Source: Clostridia bacterium
Lineage (GTDB): Bacteria > Bacillota > Clostridia > Christensenellales > CAG-138
Assembly: GCA_017393775.1 (NCBI GenBank)
Contig: JAFOQN010000164.1
Span: 1 to 48,937 of the forward strand
Reading direction: 5' to 3'
Length of the DNA: 48,937 bases
Numbering within the stretch: the first letter of the stretch is position 1; each line of letters begins with the position of its first letter. Positions 28,034 to 35,234 of this stretch are shown in pieces. The translations under genes and the position numbers were made by a program. A model generated the notes under the pieces. That model made no database searches, was not told the DNA's origin, and saw nothing but the letters and a program-made list of their open reading frames with translations.

Positions 28034-28723
28034 TTATGCGTTTTCCAGTTCGAATTTATAGCCGACGCCGTAGATCGTTTTGATGCTCCAACCGAGTCCT
28101 TCCGAATTCAGCTTGGCACGAAGACGCTTGATGTGCGTATCGACTGTACGCGTTTCACCGGCAAAATCATATCCCCAAACGCGGGAAAGAAGTGTGTCGC
28201 GCGTGAAGACCTGTCCGGGATTGGACGCGAGCATATACAGAATTTCGATTTCCTTCGGCGTGCAGATGATATGCTCGCCCCGCAGCGTGACGGAGTAACT
28301 GTTCAAGTCGATTGTGAGACCGTTGTATGTAAGGATATTCGGATCGGCAGACTGTGCCTTTGCTTCCACGCGGCGCAGAATCGCCTTCACCCGCGCAATG
28401 ACCTCACGCGGGCTGAACGGTTTAACGATATAATCATCCGCACCGAGCTCAAGACCGAGGATCCGGTCGATCTCCTCCCCCTTTGCCGTCAGCATGACAA
28501 TCGGAAGTGTTGAGGATTTCCGGATTTCACGGCATACTTCAATGCCGGATTTCTTCGGCATCATAATATCAAGGATCATCAAAGAAACGGAACTGTCCGC
28601 TTTTTTCAGCCCTTCTTCTCCATCATAAGCGTCAAGGACAGTGTAGCCCTCCGCCTCAAAATAGATACGCAGTGATTCGTGGACGACGGGTTCGTCATCA
28701 CAGATCAGGATCGTGACTGCCAT
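28034..28723 (-). CDS. OmpR-family response regulator
   Basis: The ATG at 28723 is preceded by AGGAGGT. ILICDDEP, a receiver Asp in LMILDIMMP, and a winged-helix C-terminus (GYKF). Confidence 0.92.
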   Translation of the reverse strand: MAVTILICDDEPVVHESLRIYFEAEGYTVLDAYDGEEGLKKADSSVSLMILDIMMPKKSGIEVCREIRKSSTLPIVMLTAKGEEIDRILGLELGADDYIVKPFSPREVIARVKAILRRVEAKAQSADPNILTYNGLTIDLNSYSVTLRGEHIICTPKEIEILYMLASNPGQVFTRDTLLSRVWGYDFAGETRTVDTHIKRLRAKLNSEGLGWSIKTIYGVGYKFELENA

Positions 28724-28751
28724 ATGTATAACCTCCTGTTTCACTGAATAT

Positions 28752-28802
28752 ATTATAGCAATCCGAATGAAGAAGGCAAGCTTTTCTGCAAAAGTTTGCC
28801 TT
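28752..28802 (-). promoter_or_regulatory. PBP1A terminator hairpin merged with the promoter of the two-component operon
   Basis: The hairpin is AAGGCAA...TTGCCTT (28773..28802). TTGCCT (28774..28779)-16 nt-TATAAT (28752..28757), with a TGC extension. Confidence 0.4.
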
Positions 28803-28823
28803 GGTTTCACTTTGTGTACATAA

Positions 28824-31556
28824 TTACGGTTCTGCGATTAGCTGATTGTATTCCAGTAAAAGCGCATCGTATGCGACATGATACTCATCCGAATTGGACG
28901 CCTGGCGCATCTGTTCGATCAAACCGTTCAAATACGCGGCCTTTTGATCCGACACGGAATCGTTTTCGGATAAAAGCGCTTCAACCGATCGAATCAGATT
29001 CTCTCCCTTCTGCTTCAGCGCTTCGAAAGATGAATCAACGGTACAAACCGGAAACTCAGTGATAAACTGGAGAACGCTGCGATCGGTGCGAACCCAGGTA
29101 TCTCCGAAAAGTTTATCGAGTACTTTATCATCAAGCTCGTAGAATTGGTTTCCGGGACGCAGAAGAACATAGGTGCGCTGTTCAATGTTGTCCGGATCAC
29201 AGAACTTGCCTGCAACGGAGCCGGATTCCTTACAGATCGACAGAGTTGCATGAATATCACAGGGCTCGGTCGGAACGCTTGCGTAACTAAACCAATCCGT
29301 GACGGTTTTATACTTATTGAATTCCTTTCGTGAGTTCCGATAGTGCACGCAGGCGTCCGTTGCAAGCTTCCCCGATATCGGGCAAACCGTACGCTGCAAA
29401 AGACCGAGTGTCGCTTCATTATCGCTGATGATCGGTTTGCTTTCTTCCCCTTCCATCAGTTTTGTCATGAAGAGGTTCCATAGCACCGCGGCAAATTTGC
29501 CTCCGCTGGCGCTTGTTTCGAGCTTGTTGACGGGATAGTCATGTCCGATCCATACTACAGCGGTGTATTTGCATGTCATGCCCGCAAAGAAAACGCTTGC
29601 GTAATCGGAGTTTGTCCCCGTTTTCCCTGCCACTTCATAACCTTCGATTTTTGCGTTATTTCCCGTACCGGATTCAACGGCGTTTTTCAGAAGATCGACT
29701 AAGAAATACGGCGTGGATGAATCGCTGTACACTTTTGTTTCTCCGCCGCGGATCATATCGGCGCTCAGAATGACATTCCCGGCGTTATCGGTCACCTTGG
29801 TGAATGAAAGCGGTATGTTATAGTAACCTCCGTTGGCGATCGCGGCATAGGCGGCGCACATCTGGAGCGGCGTAATGCCGCTCGTACCGAGCGCAAGACC
29901 GGGACCGTCCTTATTCAACTGAGATTCGGGTATACCGAGCCGCTGCATATAAGAGACAGACTGTTCGATGCCGACATATTTGGAGAACAGCAAACGCGCG
30001 GCGACAACGTTCAAAGACTGTACCAGTCCGTAGCGCAGCGTCACGGGACCGTAATGACTCTTGCTGAGACCGCCTTCGGGATATCCTTTTTCCCCGCCCC
30101 AGCCGTTGATCGCGCCTTCCGTATTGGAGATGATCGTTGCGGGAGATGCGCCGTTGTCAAGCGCGGGGCCGTAAATACTCAGCGGTTTGATCGAAGAGCC
30201 GACCTCTACATAGCTTTGCGTAGCGCGGTTCAGACCTCTCCGAATCGAAGGTTCATGCCGACCGCCGATGATCGCGCGGATATCGCCCGTATGCTGATCC
30301 ATGACAACAGCGGCGGCCTGCGGCTCGATGGTTTCGATCGTGATGCTGTCGGAGATTGTTTCGGTGATCGTCTCCTGACTGGAATCCGCAAGCTTCGGAT
30401 ACCCATCCCAGTTTGCAAGCTCGTTCTGTACCGTTTCCTGTACCCGCGGGTCCAGCGTTGTGTAGATGCGGTATCCGCCGGTTCTCAGCTTGTTTTCGTA
30501 GATTTGACGATTCTGAGAATTGTTGATCACATGATCCTGTTCCATCCAGTGTGTGATCACATCTTCGATACAATACTCAACAAAGTACGCGTGTTCATAC
30601 ATGCGTGAGTTCTCGGAGAACTGATTGATCCGGACGTCCTCGTTCAGCGCAGAAAGATACTGCTCACGTGTGATCTTGTCGTTCTCGTACATGCGTGAAA
30701 GAACGGTATTCGTTCTGGCAACGGTATACTTTTCATAGGCATCGGAATCTCTGCCGTAATATTCCCAATAATAATTCAAACGTGGATTATACCGGTACGG
30801 ATTCTGCGTGAGTCCTGCGATCATGGCGCATTCACGAATGCTCAGCTCATTCAGGTCTTTGCTGAAATAGTCCTTCGCCGCGGTTTTCACGCCGTAGTTC
30901 GATCCGCCCAAATAGATATCGTTCAGGTATGCTTCAAGGATCGCATCCTTCTCCATGATCTTTTCGCACTGAAGCGCAAGAAACGCTTCCTGCACCTTTC
31001 GTTTATAGGTGCGTTCCGCGCCGAGAACCTTGTTTTTGATCAGCTGCTGGGTAATTGTACTGCCGCCGGAGGAATTGCTGTTTCCGAGAATCTCAAGCGC
31101 GGCGGAAAACAGACGCTTGAAATCTACACCACTGTGTTTATAGAAACGAACGTCCTCAACGGAGATGAAAGCGTTTCGGAGCATCTCGGGAATATCGTCG
31201 AGATCTACCCAGTCGCGATATTCGATTGCGGTGATCGACATCAGTTCGTTGCCGTTAACATCATAGAGATACGAGGTCCGATCGCTCTTCGTCAGCTGCG
31301 CAATATCGAAAACAGGGGTTGTTTCGATGTATGCTTTCAAAACGCCGTAAGCAAGACCTGCGCCTGCCATACCGACAATCAGCACCGCAACCAGCAGAAG
31401 CTTTAATGACAAAAACAGAACATCCAAAGCAAACGGCGTTTTGCCGCTGCTTTTTGAGAAGAAGGAATCTTTTCCGATATGAACACGTTTTTCTGGTTTC
31501 TTATCCATGTGATCAGTATACCATACTTTTGTCTGTTTTGCAGATGATTTTTGCAT
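28824..31556 (-). CDS. Class A penicillin-binding protein (PBP1A-type transglycosylase/transpeptidase) with a long C-terminal tail
   Basis: 910 aa. GT51 motifs (EDVRFYKHSGVD, GGSTITQQL), transpeptidase SxxK (GSSIKP) and KTGT. The start codon is uncertain (31556 or 31508). Confidence 0.9.
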   Translation of the reverse strand: MQKSSAKQTKVWYTDHMDKKPEKRVHIGKDSFFSKSSGKTPFALDVLFLSLKLLLVAVLIVGMAGAGLAYGVLKAYIETTPVFDIAQLTKSDRTSYLYDVNGNELMSITAIEYRDWVDLDDIPEMLRNAFISVEDVRFYKHSGVDFKRLFSAALEILGNSNSSGGSTITQQLIKNKVLGAERTYKRKVQEAFLALQCEKIMEKDAILEAYLNDIYLGGSNYGVKTAAKDYFSKDLNELSIRECAMIAGLTQNPYRYNPRLNYYWEYYGRDSDAYEKYTVARTNTVLSRMYENDKITREQYLSALNEDVRINQFSENSRMYEHAYFVEYCIEDVITHWMEQDHVINNSQNRQIYENKLRTGGYRIYTTLDPRVQETVQNELANWDGYPKLADSSQETITETISDSITIETIEPQAAAVVMDQHTGDIRAIIGGRHEPSIRRGLNRATQSYVEVGSSIKPLSIYGPALDNGASPATIISNTEGAINGWGGEKGYPEGGLSKSHYGPVTLRYGLVQSLNVVAARLLFSKYVGIEQSVSYMQRLGIPESQLNKDGPGLALGTSGITPLQMCAAYAAIANGGYYNIPLSFTKVTDNAGNVILSADMIRGGETKVYSDSSTPYFLVDLLKNAVESGTGNNAKIEGYEVAGKTGTNSDYASVFFAGMTCKYTAVVWIGHDYPVNKLETSASGGKFAAVLWNLFMTKLMEGEESKPIISDNEATLGLLQRTVCPISGKLATDACVHYRNSRKEFNKYKTVTDWFSYASVPTEPCDIHATLSICKESGSVAGKFCDPDNIEQRTYVLLRPGNQFYELDDKVLDKLFGDTWVRTDRSVLQFITEFPVCTVDSSFEALKQKGENLIRSVEALLSENDSVSDQKAAYLNGLIEQMRQASNSDEYHVAYDALLLEYNQLIAEP

Positions 31557-31593
31557 GATTCACAAAAATAACACCTTCCTGTGAAAAAAACAC

Positions 31594-31622
31594 TTGCCTT
31601 TTTCGCAGCATTGCCGTATAAT
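31594..31622 (+). promoter_or_regulatory. Sigma-A promoter of tRNA-Ala
   Basis: TTGCCT-17 nt-TATAAT, ending 11 nt before the tRNA 5' end. Confidence 0.55.
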
Positions 31623-31633
31623 AAACCTCGCTC

Positions 31634-31710
31634 GGGGCTTTAGCGAAGTTGGCTATCGCGCTACACTGGCAGTGTAGAGATCAGGGGTTCGAATCCCCTA
31701 AGCTCCACCA
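31634..31710 (+). tRNA. tRNA-Ala (anticodon GGC), CCA encoded
   Basis: Hand-folded cloverleaf. Acceptor GGGGCTT/AAGCTCC with the G3:U70 alanine identity pair. Anticodon stem CTACA/TGTAG with loop CTGGCAG. T-arm AGGGG-TTCGAAT-CCCCT. 3' ACCA. Confidence 0.9.
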
Positions 31711-31737
31711 ACGCAGTCGACAAGGCTGCGTTTTTTA
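31711..31737 (+). terminator. Rho-independent terminator after tRNA-Ala
   Basis: ACGCAG-9 nt loop-CTGCGT followed by TTTTTT. Confidence 0.7.
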
Positions 31738-31751
31738 TTGCCGATCTCGTA

Positions 31752-32255
31752 TCAAAACGTAAGAACGTCGGTGTTGACATAGCTGAGATACCGGAATGCA
31801 ATCTCATCTTCATATTGCTTTTCACCGACTTCCCGCAATACCCAATTTGGCATTCGGTTCAGGTCCGGGAAAAACCTGTCTGCATTTTCACTGCAATATG
31901 TCAATGTCACAAGCGCTTCGGTGCAGTACGGAAGCAGCAACCGGTAAATCTGTTCTCCCCCGCATACAAATACCGTTTCCGGATCCCGGTTGAAAAGAAC
32001 GGCGTTTAATTCCGAAAGATCGTGCGCGATGACGGCATTTTCAACCCGGAAATCGGTATCCCGAGTCAGAATGATGTTTTCCCGGTTTTTAAGCGGCTTC
32101 CCGTCCGGAAAAGTATCCAGCGTTTTTCTCCCGATAATAATCGTATTGCCGGAAGTCATCGCGCGAAAACGGCGCATATCAGAACGGATGTGCACCAAAA
32201 GACGGTTTTCATTTCCGATCCCCCATCGGGGATTGACATTTACAATCGCTCGCAT
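31752..32255 (-). CDS. folA: Dihydrofolate reductase
   Basis: 167 aa with GIGNENRL, IIGRKT and VCGGEQIY motifs. It lies directly downstream of thyA. Confidence 0.92.
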   Translation of the reverse strand: MRAIVNVNPRWGIGNENRLLVHIRSDMRRFRAMTSGNTIIIGRKTLDTFPDGKPLKNRENIILTRDTDFRVENAVIAHDLSELNAVLFNRDPETVFVCGGEQIYRLLLPYCTEALVTLTYCSENADRFFPDLNRMPNWVLREVGEKQYEDEIAFRYLSYVNTDVLTF

Positions 32256-32258
32256 CGT

Positions 32259-33089
32259 TTAAATCGCAACAGGGATCTTTTCTTCAAACGGATGATATTG
32301 ATAATTCTCGACTTTGAAACTCCTGGTCGTGAACGCATAGAAATCATGCACGTTCGGATCAACGGAGAATTTCGGCGCCTCATAAGGATCAAGAGCGATC
32401 ATTTTTTGCACCATTTTCACATGACGGTCATAGATATGACAGTCTGCTATGACGTGTACAAGCTCTCCGGGCTCCAAACCGGAAACCTGCGCAAACATGT
32501 GGACCAGCGCCGCATACTGAACCACGTTCCAATTGTTTGCGGTCAGCATATCCTGGGAACGCTGATTCAGGATCGCATTGAGTTTGTTTCCGGAAACATT
32601 GAACGTCATGCTGTATGCGCAGGGATACAGGTGCATTTCGTGCAAATCCTCAAAGTTATACAGGTTCGTCAGGATCCTGCGGCTGGCGGGATCGTGCTTC
32701 AGCAGATACAGCACTCGGTCGACCTGATCGAATGCTCCTTCCGTATATTGATGCTTTTGTGCAAGCTGATACCCGTAAGCCTTGCCGATCGACCCGGTTT
32801 CATCCGCCCAACTGTCCCATATATGACTTCCCAAATCGTGGACGTTGTTGGACTTCTTCTGCCAGATCCAAAGAAGCTCATCGATGCAGGATTTCCAGTA
32901 GGTACGCCGCAGGGTCATGATCGGGAACTCTTTGGAAAGATCATATCGATTCACGATCCCGAACAGCTTGATCGTGTGCGCGGGCGTGCCGTCCTCCCAT
33001 CTCGGGCGAACCTCGCGTTCAGTGTCCCAAATGCCTTCCTGTAAAATTCTTTTGCAGTTCTCTATGTAAACACGGTCTGCAAAACTCAT
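32259..33089 (-). CDS. thyA: Thymidylate synthase (ThyA type)
   Basis: The ATG at 33089 is preceded by GGAGG. 276 aa with a catalytic Cys context (HLYPCAYSM) and QRSQD, CHIYDRH motifs. Confidence 0.93.
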   Translation of the reverse strand: MSFADRVYIENCKRILQEGIWDTEREVRPRWEDGTPAHTIKLFGIVNRYDLSKEFPIMTLRRTYWKSCIDELLWIWQKKSNNVHDLGSHIWDSWADETGSIGKAYGYQLAQKHQYTEGAFDQVDRVLYLLKHDPASRRILTNLYNFEDLHEMHLYPCAYSMTFNVSGNKLNAILNQRSQDMLTANNWNVVQYAALVHMFAQVSGLEPGELVHVIADCHIYDRHVKMVQKMIALDPYEAPKFSVDPNVHDFYAFTTRSFKVENYQYHPFEEKIPVAI

Positions 33090-33116
33090 AGAAAAACCTC
33101 CGATGTATGATATTTC

Positions 33117-33144
33117 ATTATACCACAATCGGAGATTTTCGCAA
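33117..33144 (-). promoter_or_regulatory. Sigma-A promoter of thyA-folA
   Basis: TTGCGA-16 nt-TATAAT with a TG extension. Confidence 0.5.
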
Positions 33145-33150
33145 GGATTA

Positions 33151-33615
33151 TCAGGTCTTTGTGATAAATACGTGGGAACATTTTGAACAGGTCACACGAA
33201 TCTTCCCTTTGCGCCGCGGCGCACGGATCATTTGTCTGCATTGCGGACAACGGAAGTACTTGTATGTTTTACGATCTTTCCAACGTTGCTTCAGTGAAGC
33301 GAATTTGCGCTGATATTTCTGTACGCGGTAAAGATATTGCGTATTTTCCTTCTGCCGTTTTGCAACATTCCGCGAGAATACACGAAAGATCCATAAGCCC
33401 ATCAGCACCAGACCGATCCCATACGTCACATAATACAGAATGCGGAACACAAGCGCACCTGTTGTCGCCTCATGACGCAGACATATGACGGAAATGAATG
33501 TAAACAGGATCGCAACAACTAAACAGCCGAAGCTGAGCTTGTTCAAACACTTTGCAAGCGCGTCAACACCGTTGCGTCCCTGCATAAATCGGTATAAACG
33601 TTCACGAAAACGCAT
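33151..33615 (-). CDS. Membrane protein with a C-terminal zinc ribbon
   Basis: 154 aa. Two TM helices, a basic linker, then CPQC...CSKC. Confidence 0.6.
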   Translation of the reverse strand: MRFRERLYRFMQGRNGVDALAKCLNKLSFGCLVVAILFTFISVICLRHEATTGALVFRILYYVTYGIGLVLMGLWIFRVFSRNVAKRQKENTQYLYRVQKYQRKFASLKQRWKDRKTYKYFRCPQCRQMIRAPRRKGKIRVTCSKCSHVFITKT

Positions 33616-33618
33616 TTC

Positions 33619-34179
33619 TCATTCTCCTCTCAACACAGTTTCCGATACCGACGGTGTATCCGTTTCCGAACTGCTTGATCCAAAAACCGGGTAAACGCAC
33701 GAATAAAGACAACCGCCGACAACACATCTTGCAAACATAGTGACCATCAGGAAGGAAAGGATCAGAAACAGGATCCGAGTGCTGCGGAACCGATAGGGAT
33801 TCGCTCGGCGCTGACGGCTCTCCTCAAAGATGGATCCCCATCCGAAAGGCGGTTCGTTTGTATCGTTATTCTGTCCGCCGGTATAGGACCCGCCGTAATA
33901 CCCCTGTCCGGTACGATGGTAATTCTGCCAGGGATCCGAACCGTAAGAGTACTGCTGATAGGTTTGCTTTCGAGATTCGTTCCGATAAGCTTCACGTTTT
34001 TCGGCTGTTTTGATTTGGTCGTACGCGACGTTGACGTCGTTCATCTTTGACGCTGCAGCGGGATCGCCGGGGTTCAGGTCGGGATGGTACCGTTTTGCAA
34101 GCCTTCGATAGGCAGCACGGATGTCTTCATCCGTGGCGTTTTCGGAGACGCCGAGCACCGTATACGGATTCTTTGCCAT
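33619..34179 (-). CDS. J-domain (DnaJ-like) protein with a Q/Y/G-rich linker and a C-terminal TM anchor
   Basis: The ATG at 34179 is preceded by a GGAAGGGGA RBS. NPYTVLGV...YHPDLNP (HPD motif). The TM segment is ILFLILSFLMVTMFARCVV. Confidence 0.8.
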   Translation of the reverse strand: MAKNPYTVLGVSENATDEDIRAAYRRLAKRYHPDLNPGDPAAASKMNDVNVAYDQIKTAEKREAYRNESRKQTYQQYSYGSDPWQNYHRTGQGYYGGSYTGGQNNDTNEPPFGWGSIFEESRQRRANPYRFRSTRILFLILSFLMVTMFARCVVGGCLYSCVYPVFGSSSSETDTPSVSETVLRGE

Positions 34180-34213
34180 CGAAACCGATCCCCTTCCTTT
34201 TGATTTCCTGTTT

Positions 34214-34242
34214 ATGTTACCCAATTTTCAGGGATTCGTCAA
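34214..34242 (-). promoter_or_regulatory. Sigma-A promoter of the J-domain operon
   Basis: TTGACG-17 nt-TAACAT. Confidence 0.45.
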
Positions 34243-34324
34243 TGCAGTTCACAAGATTGTTGCATTTTATGCACGTTTCAGTTGATATTTGATGACTTTG
34301 TATGGAAGAAACGGTTTTTCAAAA

Positions 34325-34353
34325 TTGACATAATACCGATATCATGGTATGAT
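34325..34353 (+). promoter_or_regulatory. Sigma-A promoter of degV
   Basis: TTGACA-17 nt-TATGAT with a TG extension. Confidence 0.55.
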
Positions 34354-34373
34354 TCTATAAGGAGGAGAATACG

Positions 34374-35234
34374 ATGAATCCAGTAAAACTAATTGCAGAC
34401 AGCTCCTGCGATATCGGTCCTGAGCTTGCCGAGCGATACAATGTAGATTTTGTACATATTCATGTCCGAATCAACGGAAATGAGTATCTCGACGGCGTCA
34501 ATATCTCCTATAAAGAGATTTACGATAATTATGAAAAAAATCGCACACTGCCGAGTACCTGCGCAATGAACATTGATGAATACGCAGCCGTATTCCGTCC
34601 GTATATCGAAAAAGGATACGACATTGTGCATGTATCGCTCGGAAGCGGGCTTTCCTCGACCTGCTCCAACGCACGGCTCGCAGGTGAAATGTTCGGTCCC
34701 GACCGGGTATTTGTGATTGATTCCAAGAGTCTGTCAACCGGGAGCGGTCATATTGTCTGCGAATGCGGTGAGCGCATTCAAAAGGGCTTAAGCGCAAAGC
34801 AGGTTTATGACGAAGTTGTGCCAATCACGGATAAAGTCAGCGCCTCCTTTATTTTGGACGATCTGAATTACCTGCATGCGGGCGGCCGCTGCTCCGGACT
34901 TGCACAGTTCGGCGCATCACTGATGAATATCAAGCCCTGTATTGTGGTACGCAACGAAATGTTCGGTTCGATGACCGTCGGAAAAAAATACATGGGCTCC
35001 TACAAGAGAAGCGCGCTGAAATATGTTGAGAACATGATCAAGGACCGCACGGATATCGTGCTGGATCGCTGCTTTATCACGCATTCCGGATCGGATCCCG
35101 AGGTGCTTATGGCTATGAAGGAGCTTGCCATGCAGTTGCAGCCGTTCAAAGAGATTCATATTACGCAGGCAAGCGCTACGATCTGTGCACACTGCGGTCC
35201 GAATACGACGGGCATACTCTTTATCACAAAATGA
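34374..35234 (+). CDS. DegV family fatty-acid-binding protein (FakB-like)
   Basis: 286 aa with IADSSCD and SLGSGLSSTC motifs, typical of DegV. Confidence 0.9.
   Translation: MNPVKLIADSSCDIGPELAERYNVDFVHIHVRINGNEYLDGVNISYKEIYDNYEKNRTLPSTCAMNIDEYAAVFRPYIEKGYDIVHVSLGSGLSSTCSNARLAGEMFGPDRVFVIDSKSLSTGSGHIVCECGERIQKGLSAKQVYDEVVPITDKVSASFILDDLNYLHAGGRCSGLAQFGASLMNIKPCIVVRNEMFGSMTVGKKYMGSYKRSALKYVENMIKDRTDIVLDRCFITHSGSDPEVLMAMKELAMQLQPFKEIHITQASATICAHCGPNTTGILFITK

Noticed and set aside
31634-31710. The lone tRNA-Ala as an island integration hotspot.
   Set aside because: It has its own promoter and terminator. It is flanked by PBP1A and folA-thyA core genes. There is no partial tRNA repeat or integrase adjacent.
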